DNA of 62,857 nt, the filler included, from Choristocarpus tenellus KU-1152 (Eukaryota > Protista > Phaeophyceae), in NCBI GenBank assembly GCA_964200185.2. It is 5 parts of 5 records of this genome, joined end to end, with 100 filler letters (N's around TTAATTAATTAA, not from the genome) between each part and the next. Parts side by side here need not be neighbours in the genome. Positions count along the whole stretch, not along the records: positions 1 to 19,139 come from CAXNAD020000490.1; 4 more parts are not named here. One strand, 5' to 3'. A model generated the notes under the pieces. The model was not told the origin of the DNA, searched no databases, and worked only from the letters and a program-made list of their open reading frames with translations. This document shows, piece after piece, positions 1 through 12,604 of this stretch. Each line of letters starts with the position of its first letter. The first letter of the stretch is position 1. The translations under genes and the position numbers were made by a program.

Positions 1-3000
1 TCCATTTTTTGGGTGGGTAATGAAAGTGGCCTTTTCCTGGTTTTGGGCCAAATGGAACCTCCCGTGGAGGCCCCCCCCCCCCCCCCCCAGATACTTTGAG
101 TCCCAAATTACCGTGGGGCACATTCCTGTCACAAGACCTTTTGAGCCATTTGCTGCTAATCTGGTTCAATACAAGACTTTACCTGGGGGTTCCCCTAGGT
201 TATGTCAACCGTGTCCATAAATTGACTAGGTTTGCATAATTGTTCTTTTGAAAATTTCCATTTTGACCTGGAGCTCCAAGGTCATCTGACCTAGTTTGAA
301 CCTGTCTTTGGGTACAGCAAGACGTATACAACCCGTTGCAGGTCCCAACGCTATCCAGTGTTGGAAAATGTTCATTCTGCGTCCCACATTAAGTCCTTGA
401 TGTATTCCGAAAAGCGCAGAAGACGATAGGCTCCACTTTTCCATTTTTGCAACACATGAACCCAAATTTGACACTCTTCAGCAGACGTCCAACCCCTCTA
501 CATTGATGCCATTTTTTGTGTTTCAACAATGACCGGCCTTAAATTGACAGTCCACACTTGAGCTACCACATCATAATTCAGGTGAGTGGGCAGCAAAGTA
601 AGGCAATCTGAACGCTATCTTGACATTTCCTAGTTTTAAACACGGGAGAGCACTATTTTTTTTCATACATCATATGCTTACGATGGTTGACCCTGCAGTG
701 GTCCTTTGACCGATATTCTCTACTATCCATATTGTCTAGTGTGTGTGTGTGTGTGTATAAACAAGATTGAAATCAACGAAACATCAGTGTATTTAACATA
801 GATGGAACCTCACATTTCCTTCAGATGGTGCCCCCACACCTGATGTTTTCTTGCTGGGTGACTTTCTCTTGAGTCGGCAATTACAAAAATGGTTTTGAGG
901 GTGTGGGCAGTCTAGCTACTCTTGGGGAGTTCACTTCTGAGGACATCGTTCGAAACAAATTTTTGTAATTGCCAACAAATTCAGACGTGGCCCTTGTTCT
1001 CCCAAACATGCAATGCCAGTTGCGCTTCTGGTGGTAGAATGTTTGATGCTATTGAAAGGACACCTCAGCATGCACCCTTGATACCTCCAGATTGGCAACA
1101 TGTAACCCTTGATCCTCTCACAGGTATTTGAGGGATTATGTTTCAAGAGAAATAATTTACATATCTCTTTCAGTTGCACCCCCCTAAGGGGGGTTAACTG
1201 CATTTCAGGATGTATATGGTGCATATTGCCAAATGTATGGAAACGGCCGCAATATTCAAAAGGGTCTAGATTTCCCCCCCTCTTTGATAGTTTCCCTCAA
1301 CTCTGAATTGGTTTTCCCACTGACCCTTCTTGGTTGTTCCACCGACTGTTGCCCAGTGCATCTACATCATTTTCCAGGGCGTCACATCTTTCACAGGTCC
1401 ACTGTAGCAGACCCCATAACTTTTTCCAAAGCCACAAGGGCCCTTTCACCCCTTTTCAATGTTTTCATTGTTGTGATTCCATCTGTTTTAGCCAAGCGAG
1501 TCAAAGGATGCACTTTTCATACCTGCCCCCCTTTGCCACTTCACTTCTTTCCTTACCTCTTCCTTTGAGCCCGTTACGGGGTTGATCCTGACCTTTCCCG
1601 CCGATCTGGGACCTTTTCGATTGCACATTCTCAAGTCTCTTTGCACCCCTCTCTCAATACACGAATCCTACCTTTCTCATCCACATACATTTCTGCTATG
1701 TCATTCATTTTCCCATTCCTGGGTCTGCATGGACCAGTGATGACAAGATTGAGTTGTAGTGGGTATGGTACAATAAACAATGGGTGCATATTAGAATTGC
1801 CGAAATTATGTCACAATCAGTCAAGAGGATGTATCCAATCTCCCTGTTATCTCCTCATTGATCTTGCTACTACTTTGGAGCACTGTGATCACCACTTGCT
1901 ATGCCAACCACATTCCATCCATCGCATTTACCATCAAACCCTCAGTATGGACAACAACAGTACCACAAGTAATAAGCTCCCCTCCTGAACTCACCTCCCG
2001 TGGTATCACCCTGGGACGAAGGCACCAGGCTGGATCAGCCTCGTCTCTTGCAGCCCCTGCCCACACACCTGCAGGTCCTGAAGGTTCTGCAATGAATGGC
2101 TTCCAACGAGGGTCAGGTGTGATCAGGTCTACTCCTTCTGGGGGTGGTGGTGGGCAGAGGAGGGTCTTGGGGGCCATAGCTGTTGCCTCAGCAGTGGCGG
2201 CAAGCTTTGTTAATTGCTTATCTGCCTCCAGCATCTTTGCAGCAAGCGGGTCCTCCAGGGTTTCAGGTCGTATTCTGGGAGGCGGGATTTAGCATATTAT
2301 CAAGGTGATTTGAATCTGGTCACTTGGTATCGTCTGGTTGTAACTGCGAGTTGGTCTCATTCAGTTGTGCCCGTGAAGCTTCAATTTGTTTTTTAATACT
2401 CTGGATTATTCTTCTATTATCAGTTACATTGTTTTTCACTCTTTGTTGATTTTGTTTCTCTAAGGTGTGTTTTTGGCATTGGTGCATGGGTCGAGAGTCT
2501 GGAAAGAAAGAAATTTATGGTGACAAAGGAGGCGAGAGTTAGATGTTGATCAAGGCTAATTAAATGTCTTTTTTATTGCATGTAGATGTAAATAGGAAGA
2601 ACTGATATACCCCCCAAAAAAATGAGAATAAATTCATTGTGTGGGGGAGAGGCAGCTGGCAAAGAGGTGCTTCTTGATCCCTTGCGATAATGCCACATCA
2701 ACCTAGCTGGTTCACTAATAGTGAAATGGATTTTCATGGTTCAACAGAGTGGAGTACATCTGTCTGCTGTATGTATATGTTGTCAAAGAGTATTTATGCA
2801 CAGGGCTGAGCCACAGCATGTCAGTAGACTAGCTGCAAAACTGTCTACACTAATCACTCTCAGTACTTTGGACTTGGGTTTTCGAAAGTGAAATAAGGGG
2901 TCTAAAATTACACCTCATGATTTCCAGCGGTAATTCTATCTGCACAACCTACTGTACTTGCGCATGGATATTGCGAACTGCTTCGAGATGAAATGCTGAC

Positions 3001-3064
3001 ATCTCAATGGTACTTAGTACTATTTACAGCATTCCTCGGGACTGTGCTGAGTACTTATTGAGCA

Positions 3065-3324
3065 GAGTTAAAGTATCTTAGAGGGTAGAGCTGCGTCTAT
3101 TTGGGGATCAAAATCCAATGTTGCGATTTTGATGCAATATTTGGCTATTGTGTTTGTTAGGGAGTGTCAATATCTTTATTACAGACACACCTTTTCATAA
3201 TGTACACATTTTACCTACTCCGAAATATTTTGAAGTAGGAAAATGTCATTAAAAAAAACATGGGAATCCAAGCCCCAAATGTACAAACAGGGAAAAACTC
3301 GTACCCTCTAAGATACTTTCACTC
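3065..3324 (+). mobile_element. MITE family A, copy 1 (~260 bp non-autonomous DNA transposon)
   Basis: TIRs GAGTTAAAGTATCTTAGAGGGTA ... TACCCTCTAAGATACTTTCACTC; flanked by a 4-bp direct repeat AGCA/AGCA; 7 further homologous copies in the window. Confidence 0.9.
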
Positions 3325-3353
3325 AGCAGCCCATCCTAAAGTTGAATGGGGTT

Positions 3354-3602
3354 GAGTGAAAGTATCTCAGAGGTTACGAATTTTGCCCTGTTTGTCAATT
3401 TGGAATTGGCTTCCCATGGAGTATTTTTTTTACATTTTCCTACTCCAAAATGTTTCGGGTTAAGTACAATATATACGTCATGAAAAGGTGAGTCCGGAAC
3501 AAGGATATTGACAGTTCCTAACAAACAGGATAGCCAAAATTACATCAAAATCGCAACATTGGATTTTAACCCCTGAATGGACGCAGCTCTACCCTCTAAG
3601 AT
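3354..3602 (-). mobile_element. MITE family A, copy 2 (inverted relative to copy 1, one TIR truncated)
   Basis: Starts GAGTGAAAGTATCTCAGAGG and ends ACCCTCTAAGAT; the internal sequence is the reverse complement of copy 1. Confidence 0.88.
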
Positions 3603-4960
3603 CTAACCATGCATCGGTAGGGGTATTTCCCAGACTAATATGAAGCAGGAAGAAATAGTATCTAAGTCAAAGATTGAGGATCTTGTCCTGGTCAACCATT
3701 CTTGATTCTTATGAGAACAAGGGAGGAGCCTCACCACTGAGAAGGAACGGATCGAATGGAATGAGTTCTTCCACATTTGGCAACATTTGTTCTGTTTGTG
3801 GACAATGTGCTGAGAATTTCCATTGCGTTTTTCACCTCTCGCAAACACATACTCCGGAGTGCGTATATATCATGCGCTTCAGTGGTCCTCTTCCTCCTTT
3901 TCTCGACTTGTCCTCTTTACTGGCTGTCACCTTGAAGGTTGATATTGACCGTGCTTGATACCTTTTGCCACCCCTTCCCTCATGGCGTCCTCCTTGATTG
4001 GGTTGCCCATGTAGCTGAGTGAAAGTATCTTAGAGGGTATGATTTTTGCCCTGTTTGTTCGTTGGGGCTTGGCTTCCCACGGGTTTTTTATTACATTTTA
4101 CCTACTCCGAAATGTTTTGGAGTAGGTAAAATCTTTTAGGTTATGAAAAGGCGTGTCTAAAACAAGGGTAATTGACACTTCCTAGTAAGCACGGTAGCCA
4201 AAATTAGATGAAAATCGCAACATTGGATTTTGGCACCCAAATGGACGCGGCACTACCCTCTAAGTTACTTTGACTCAGCTCCAGTGGTGGAGGAAATTGC
4301 ACAACAGGCGCCATCTCTCGTGGTCGTTCTACTGGGGTTTGGCCGCGAAATATTAACAGCATTCTCTCCATCGATGGCCCTGTGTGAGACAGAAAGCGCA
4401 TTGGTCAGGATCGGGGTACCTCATTGACCCCCCGTGATTGTCCAACATTCAGTCCCTTGTTGTGCTTTGCGTTTCTGTTCCCGTCCTGGTCTGAATGTAG
4501 GTATGGTGACCATGAGAAGATTACCCGCTTCAGCTTCTCCTAGCTTATATTAGGTCTTGTGATCAGGTGTGCGAAAATGTTGGGCATGGTGTCCTTGATG
4601 CCCGATAATATTGAAGTCTTCTTTATTTTCTCTGACTTATTTTCCTTCAGCTGCTTGAACTCTGCAAATATCCGTTTGAGTTTGACTACGAAGTCCGTAC
4701 TATCCGTAGTCAAGGAGCACTTTAGCTCTCGGAGGTGTGCTTCCGGGTGATAGTTTGTATGAGGACCTCATCTTCCTCACGGCCTCCATAGACTCGTTCA
4801 AATTCCATCCAAGCTCCTCTGCCGACTGGGTTCTCATTGTTCTCGAACCCCTCCATAATTACTGCTCCGGACCCTCTTGTCGCTTGGACCAGTAGAAACC
4901 GCACAAGTTTGTTGTTCTTCTTGTAGATTTTGTGAGTTATTCGTCCCTGTCCCATTGGTA
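3603..4960 (-). pseudogene. Degenerate Ty1/copia-like gag remnant, interrupted by a MITE
   Basis: Minus-strand translation LVQATRGSGAVIMEGFE..VGRGAWMEFERVYGG, then after a frameshift DFVVKLKRIFAEFKQLKENKSEKIKKTSILSGI; resembles copia gag; contains stops and frameshifts. Confidence 0.5.
4017..4276 (-). mobile_element. MITE family A, copy 3
   Basis: GAGTGAAAGTATCTTAGAGGGTA ... TACCCTCTAAGTTACTTTGACTC with flanks AGCT/AGCT. Confidence 0.9.
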
Positions 4961-5350
4961 TCTCTGAGAGTTGAGGGACTGTATATTTTCGCTGCAGAAT
5001 ATCTTACAAGCCCTCTACACTAGCATAACCCACCACAGATAATCTCCATGTTATCTAGGTCTACACTGACTGTCCTGGTGGTCCAGTGCAGATGGGCAAC
5101 TTCTTCATGTCGTTCTCCATACCCTGAGGCTAATAACCTATTCAGATTTAGACTGCTGTTGTGTCAGTATGGAAGAAGAGAGAAGAAAGAGATTGGGGCC
5201 TCACACGATTCCCCCTCCTTTTTAACATGATGAGGTGGTTGAAAGGAGAAGAGTGATATTATTATACATGGTGGGGCTTGGTTTAGCACTACTTGTTGCT
5301 TCTAGAAGGAATCAGTAACACCGAACATTTCCAACTCTTTTAGAATACAA

Positions 5351-5705
5351 GATATAGAAAGAAAATTTCTCGAACATGTGGGCATCAAAACCCAGAATTG
5401 ATCACTAAAAAAATCCCGTTAGCATATGAAACATGATTCCAAATGATTTCAGTTCCATATTACTGTAATTCATATCGTATTCTGCAAAACAATTGGCTTA
5501 GCCCCTGTTGTTTCTAAAAAGAATCACCAAAAAGAAGCACTTCGGTGTTTCCAGAAAACTCCATCGCGATATAGAAAAACCTCTCGAACACTCTAAGTTC
5601 AATCCAGAATTAGTTGTCAACAAATATCCCACGAAGATATGAACTATCATCCAAACACTTTCGGTTACATATATTACCGAAATTCATATCGTATTCTGCG
5701 CAAAG
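5351..5705. repeat. Diverged tandem duplication, period ~217 bp
   Basis: GATATAGAAA..CTCGAACA..CCAGAATT..ATATGAA..AATTCATATCGTATTCTGC occurs at ~5351-5490 and again at ~5568-5705. Confidence 0.7.
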
Positions 5706-6030
5706 AACACTTCTCGTCCACATGCAACCAATCATGTAGATTGTCCACTAATGCCCTACTTCCCCCCCTTCTGTGCGTGTGGCTGATGACGAAACTTTCC
5801 TTGTTGACTTTCTGCTGGTCTGAAGAACTGGCTTAATCCACTGCTTGACCTTCTTCACCTTGTTGCCCTTGCACAGATCCCACAACGAGGCAAGGGAGAT
5901 CCCAGCTTTGGCCGCCCATTTGCGGAAGGATGTGCAATGTACCGATGGGACATCCCAAACGTCAAGGATACTTATATGGCGACCACATCACCCCTTGTGA
6001 CATCGTACAAGGGGCATGCGCTCACTCCAT
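5703..6030 (-). pseudogene. Tc1/mariner (plant-type, DD39D-like) transposase fragment
   Basis: Minus strand reads KG*CGR..VP..TSFRKWAAKAGISLASLW..WIKPVL / SDQQKVNKESFV..DNLHDWLHVDEK, matching the HTH-linker-first catalytic Asp (H[IV]DEKWF) region; has a stop and a frameshift. Confidence 0.8.
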
Positions 6031-6694
6031 GCGATCTGGCCCTCATATTCCTTCAGATGACGGAACATGGTGGTGATTCAAGAACACGAAGACATCTGCA
6101 ATGACCACCGCTGTGTGTTGAGGCATCCGAGTCTTGTGCCCTCTCACCTCCAGGCATTGCGCCAATGCGTTGTTCTTCGTCAGAGTGTTTGAGTCCTGAC
6201 CCTAGGCAGACTTGTGGATGAAGAATTGGGACCGACGGGTGATGACAGCATAAACGAGCCGCTCAAACAATGGGGGACCTTCATCCTCTAGGCATCCCAA
6301 TCAACACCCGCTTTGAGAGTTTCATGAGGTTTTTGAAATCCTTCAAATACGACTTGGCAGACTTTGCACTGACATCCTCCACAGCCATGATAGCCGACCA
6401 TCTCAAACTTTTGCACGCCTCCCAATATATGTCAGAACTAATCCTCGTCCATGGGATTTAGCACAGGTATCGTTCCCAAGCAAGAACGGAGCTCGCAACA
6501 GTTATGATACATTTAATTCCGAACGAAGGAAGTAGTAAATTCTCCAAGGTACTCAAGATTATTAACACATGAAGTAATGCTCCCATTTTTTTACTCGCTC
6601 ACCAATATTTTTCATTTTATTACAACCCTACATATTTACCTAGAGCATGTACACATAACCTGAAATGTATTGATCATTATCATAAATTTGTCTT

Positions 6695-6947
6695 AAGCCA
6701 AACCGAGAGGTAGGCAGGTTTGGACCCTTTGCATTCCATGTCATCTGTCCTACTCTGTGTAATACACTCTATTTCATTGCTTAATGTGCACAAGAGTATG
6801 CACAAAATTAATATCCCCCCTTCCACACAAGAAGTGACATGATAATTCAGGAAAAGCTCTTTCTCCAATTGTATAAAATGGCGTCTCTTTGCCATTTTTT
6901 AGCATCCCTAAAATGCAACCCTGCCTACCTCTCAGTTGGTTTGACAC
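6695..6947 (+). mobile_element. MITE family B, copy 1 (~250 bp)
   Basis: TIRs AAGCCAAACC(..)GAGAGGTAGGCAGG ... CCTGCCTACCTCTCAGTTGGTTTGACAC; homologous copies at 14069 and ~42295-42475. Confidence 0.8.
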
Positions 6948-7344
6948 TTTCACTGTTTTCATCACCTTCGCCTTCACCTGGCGACAAAACTATATCACGA
7001 AGGCATCCTTATTCTTACCCCTTTCTTGCTTTCTTCTTCGAACAAGACACTGAAATACCACACGAAACCTGGATTATGACTGTAGTTACAAGTGTCATAG
7101 TAGGTACGAGTAGGTACTCTTAAGATGTCACAACCAACTACCTGTACCCTCCTATCCCGACTGTCCCCATGAAAGAAGCACATGTTGATGTAGGTGCTGC
7201 AGTACTCATAGATACCCCTGGTGTAGTTGCGGGGACTGTTTGGATTAGCTAGACAATCGCATCACCGTGATGCACTGATAGTGTATATGATGATAGACAT
7301 GTCGTAGTGTATATAACGATTTCGTAGTCCCAAAACTATGATCT

Positions 7345-7790
7345 TACGCCTTTTTTCTCTTTGAGGATTCAACGAGATATATGCAGGGAAGCGTGTAGAT
7401 GCATGAGTACATTAATCTTTGGAGGTATGCCTTACACCCTGCTTGTCTATTGCTATTCAGTCTAGTTGAGAGTCCGCAACACCAATGCTGGTGCGCACAC
7501 TCCTCATAATGCATACGGAACAGAACCAACGAATACTCTTGTGTAGCATCATCCTCCAGTAGGGATTGTCGAACAGCAAAGACAACGCAAGCAAGGTGGG
7601 CAGGAAAGAACTGGTTGACGTGCCTCAAAGAAAACCTTGACAAATTTGATATTGTAATTAAGGGTTGAAGCTCCAAGGTCACCAACCAACAAAGGTGGTA
7701 TGAGTGTGTGGCTGATGGCATAAAGAGCTCAAGGCAGAGTGGCAATTCCTTGGAAGCTGAGACGGCTAATGTATGTCACGCCGAAACAGC
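7345..7790 (+). pseudogene. RTE-clade LINE, degenerate 3' coding fragment
   Basis: Frameshifted translation ..QCWCAH.., RQRKQGGQ-KNWLTCLKENLDKFDI..QQRWYECVADG resembles the RTE ORF C-terminus (RRxRGGQxKxWxDxLKxDL..W). Confidence 0.55.
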
Positions 7791-9549
7791 AGCTAAGTGC
7801 CCCCAAATCACCAATACCATCGCCATCATTCTGTGTTCAAATGTTTTCTTTTGGGGGTAGTTTATTCTCTTTCATCCTTTAAAAGTGTTCATTTTTCTCT
7901 CCCCCTTCACTCTTCTTGGGTGATAGTGTTTTTCTCCTATAGTTTTTATTCTTGTTATTTTATCTTTTTTTCGTTACTTCATTTTCCTTTTCTTCCACTC
8001 TGTAGTTTTCTTTTTTCGTTCATGTCATCAATTCGCAAGGATATTGTCATTTTGAACTCCGTTTTGACCCACCGATCCGGGATCCCTTAGAATAATGTGA
8101 TGACGAAAGTAGAAAAAAAAAGAAAAAATGGTATAGCGAGAATATTAATCTAGTAATTGTGTAATGGGGGGAGATGAGAACCACCAGAGATGAGGTTCAG
8201 AAAGGAAGTGAAAGATGAGACTGAGGCATGCTGGGTGTATGTTGACAACCTCACAGTTCCATGTGGATCAATCTTCAATGTGATTGGTTGTGACCATCCA
8301 GAACAGAAAACACAATCTCGGCCTTTCCCGATTTGAATCCACCGTTCATATCAGGGTTACCGCGTGCCAGTTGTGCGTCTGAACCACAGCACATCACTTG
8401 CCCCGACCTCAATTGCAAATGGAGACGCGCGCAAATGTATATGACCGCGCGTATTATCATCATTAATGTCAGAGATCCCAAAAAGGGGTGACCTGTCCCT
8501 GACAATAGCAATAATACCAATACTTGTAAAAAGAAATATTATTATGAATAGTTAAATGCTACTGATTTTGATAATGATCGAAATAGTAGAGGTGTTATTC
8601 AGACTGATATTTAAGACAGATATAACTGGAGCACTTCATTCATGACTCGGTCACATGGACCAATTTTGATCTCATGCAATACTCTATTATGCTCATCTCT
8701 GGAGTTATCAAGAGACCCTTCACTACTATTGTTATTGATCCAAGACTTCATAGCCATATGTCACCAAATACCTACGACGCTCCCTCCAGTGACATACGGC
8801 CGTTATTGGCATTATCTGGTATGCACCCTCTCCCGTTAGCGTCGACTATTATCTCTGTGGTAACTGCTTACAGAGAAGGAAGAAGCAGAGTACTTCTTGT
8901 TTAGGATATTAGGTAGGTACACCATATAATCAATGCTGTTACTCCACATACCAGAACTTAGGAAACTATTCTAAATGTTCATCATTATCTTCCTCGGGAG
9001 AATAATCTTGGAGAACTCCTATCGACCACAAATATTTTGAAATGGATGGATGGACACATCAATTCATGGACAACTACTTTTGAGGGTATGTCACCTTTTT
9101 TGATGATTATTTACTTAGGTACTTATGGTCATAAGTGTTCTTCAAATCGAAGTAGTTCTTGTAGTAGTATTGTGGATAAGAAGATTAGGAGCTAAGGGAC
9201 TGTTTCCATATACTTCTAAACCATTCGCGTAAATTACACCAAATACACCATCAAAGATATTCTTCGACAATGGTCATACCGCAGAGCTGGCTATCCCCGA
9301 AAAGTTTTCTCCATTGTTTCTTCCTTTACCACAATAAACTATTTCGGAGTAATTGCTGAATAACAATTATTCCTCTGGCGAAACCGTACACTTTGTGCTT
9401 AACCCTAACTTGACCCTCATCTACCAACACCGCGCACATATTGACCACAGCTCGCTCACTCCTACCGCCATCTCCATTGATACTTGACTCCTAAGCTACG
9501 GTCCTATACTTGCTCACATACAACATCGCTAGCAACACGCAGCACTAAC

Positions 9550-10661
9550 ATGACTCGTCTGCACACCCCAACGGTGTTTCTTGGCCTCTTAATCACCCTT
9601 TACACAAGTTACACAACTGGCGAGTATATATACATTCAATCGCCGTGCCCGTACCTGATGAACATGCTCGTATGCCCAGCCCACTAGCGAACAAACTTAC
9701 CTCTCAACTTACAACCTTCCTGACACCACCATTCGTCCTTCAGGTGTATGGGTAGAAGTTGGAACCAAGGGTCAGGTTGGCTCCTCTGCCACCGCGTTCG
9801 ATCCACGTTTGCAAAGCAACAACGGCTGCAATCCTAGTGGTTGCACTCCAGCTCTGTCCAGGGTGAGTGCATGAGTGAGTGGCTGATATCGTCTTCTCTT
9901 TCAAGCCAAACGATATATATGCTGAGAGTCTTCACCGCTGAATATGAAACGATCTATGCGTCTCAACGTAACAATTCGCTACCATTCCACGACCAACCAC
10001 CCCCAAACCTTTTACAGGATGGGAGCTTGACTCCTACATCAAGGTGGTCCTGCTCCACCAATCTTGGCGTCAATGAATGCTCCATCACCTACAGTTTCGG
10101 CACAACTCAACCCTTCAGGCGCATAGATATTGGTGAGATAGGCGTTTGGTTGGTTCGCTTTTTGACAACCTTCTTTTACTCTACATAGTGTACAGGGCAT
10201 CTCAATTGCCGTTCAAATGGGAAGTTCTTCATCTCCTTATTTCGTCGCAATTCCTTTTTTCCACCCACAAGGACTTCCATGTAGAAGACCTTTTACTACG
10301 ACGAAAACATCGGTTTGTTCTTGGGTTTTGGGTTGATGCTCCGAGAGTGAATTCTTTGGACCCTACGAGGTAGGAAGAAGGGGTGATACGAAAAAACTTG
10401 AATGTTCCATCATCGAGGAATTGCCCCAACCATTGTTGCGAGCCTAAAGTATGATTACAGTGGGGCATAGAGTAGGCACAACACAAATTGAGTCAGCTAC
10501 AAGTACAAGTATTTTCACACAAACAGTAGCAGTATGGTAGCACAAGAGCTGTCTTGTTATGAATGGCCCATGACGAAATTTTGACGTAGACAATTGTGTC
10601 CTTTTTCTTGCAATGTGCCTATTCGTAATTCACTACTTTTAATGGCCGCACACAAACATCA

Positions 10662-10721
<60 letters not shown>

Positions 10722-12604
10722 GCCTTTGCAGTCACTCGTGAATTTAGTTAAATATTAAAGTCTCGGGAAAAGATACTAAACCTCCCAAGTTACAGTTTTG
10801 CTTCAGCGCCATACTGAATCCCGTGTAGAGTTAAGGAGGGAGATGGATCCAATTTCACCAGGGATCTCCATCTTTGTCTGTGAAGCCATTTTCCACTCGA
10901 GCACATCTCGACAAGACATGCATACCTTATTTCAACAACAATGCTGACTGTTTGGTCGTCAAGTCGATCTGCTCTTCACCCTGTCTTGATCGTCGACCAA
11001 TGTTGCGACTCTGTAGTCAATAGAATTCGCACCCACGATAGCCCTCTTCGTTTCGATTGAAAATGTACGTCACTAGCATTCTACAGGGGAAATGAACGCA
11101 CACGCGAGTTCGAGGTCGATAGCGACAGCACAAGGATGATCGATGACGAGAGCTCGGGGAACACTCTAAGCCTGGAACGGTTTGGGCCTACAACTGAAGT
11201 TTTCCTCACCGATGAAGTCACCATTGTATCTACCCCTGATGATGACGGCGAATGGTTCAGCCTCACTGAGGTATTTGGAAGTACCAATACCAGTTCAGGC
11301 ATTATTTTTTACGATGTCAAGTTTAAGTTGCTTCGGGTAAAATATGAAGTGTTGGCAACACATTGACGCTTTCGATACTGCATAGCATCTTTTTCACATC
11401 CCGTAGTTCATACATCATTGCTTGCCTCACATAAGAAAATTCGCGCATGATCTCCAAATTTACTTTATGCTGAGCCATCTTGAGCATGTTCAACCTCTTG
11501 TTCTCCCATGATGCAGCTCTTTCTTGAGTATGTTGTTTCCATGTAGTATGTGTAGCAGTGTCGCATAAACCTTTACTTCCAAGAGAACTAGATGTGCAAG
11601 GATGAGCCAAACGGCCAGCAGCAAGAGCGTGCACCCATACATAGCAGCTTAGGGCCACTTATCCTACCTCAAATGTCTTCTCCCAGGTGGATATTTGGGT
11701 GATCAGAGGCGAAGAGATTGCTGACTCGGGAAGGTCTGTATCATCCATCTCTGCCACAGGGTTCGATGATCGGACAAATTCTGGCTGCAACGGCCAGTGC
11801 CTTCCTTCTAACTCACGGGTAAGGGGTTAATGTATGCTATATGATCTGTAAGCAATGACCTCAGTGATTTCCCAGGGCCTTGCCACTAGCAGATGCAGAG
11901 CTAAGTGTCTGGTGTGAGCGCAACTGGACTGAACCAAAGCGCAAGGTTGTTGGAATTCTGCTTGTCAGAAATGCTATGTAGGACATCGAAGACCTCAGCA
12001 CGAGTAGATCTTCATAATCCCTACCTTTAATGTTGACACAAGTATTGTACTCTGTCCTTCACAGGATGGCAACTACCAAAGCGATTCAAGCCGCTGGTCA
12101 TGCCAGAATTCAGATGCCACAGGAGGACTATGTAGCATCACCTACGGATTCTCATCTAGTGCCCGTCTCGACAGCATCCTTGTGTGTAAGTTTCCTGAAC
12201 CATATCTTCTTCTTATCCACTACAGTGAGCTCTGTTGTTGCAAGTACACCCCAAGTGTTGCAAATTGGACATTGAACTCTAGTTGCAGATTGCATGCCAT
12301 GAATTTCACCTCAGACCTCTGTCACGTCAACCAAACTTGTTTCCTTCATCCCATAAACGTCCCTTTTCTGTGGTTACCCATCTTATCAGCCCTCTTCAGA
12401 GGTGACAAGCGCATACGTTCGCTAAGGGTGTACCTCAACGGCAATACTAGCCCAGCAACAACTTGGACCAGCTCTGGCGACACGGATGGGTTCGAAGAGA
12501 TCGAGATTAATCGCAATGGGATCAACTCTGTCAAGCTCGAAGCATACAAGCTCGAGAATGATTGGCTGAGCATCAAGGAGACCTTCTTCTACGTCAGCAA
12601 CTGA
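9550..12604 (+). CDS. Secreted 321-aa protein with two tandem galactose-binding/discoidin (F5/8 type C)-like modules of the brown-algal 'DG..SRWSC' type
   Basis: 7 phase-consistent exons: 9550-9619, 9744-9862, 10018-10132, 11077-11270, 11687-11818, 12065-12185, 12390-12604 (966 nt, open, ends TGA). N-terminal signal peptide MTRLHTPTVFLGLLITLYTSYTTG. Each module has AT.FD.R..GC..C.P.SRDG..SRWSC..CSITY.F..RG..R.R..SSG.T..E..W.S..E. The domain family name is inferred from recalled similarity. Confidence 0.85.
10660..10720. repeat. (CA)n microsatellite in intron 3
   Basis: About 30 near-perfect CA units. Confidence 0.95.

Noticed and set aside
800-1730. Purine-rich minus strand that looks like a decayed ORF with many TGA stops
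   Set aside because: The stop density is about what a random frame gives and no motif was recognisable; possibly a TE relic but unsupported
8230-8870. Possible divergent paralog exons of the secreted-module gene (NGRGCIPDNA on the minus strand)
   Set aside because: Only a short resemblance, with in-frame stops and no consistent splice model
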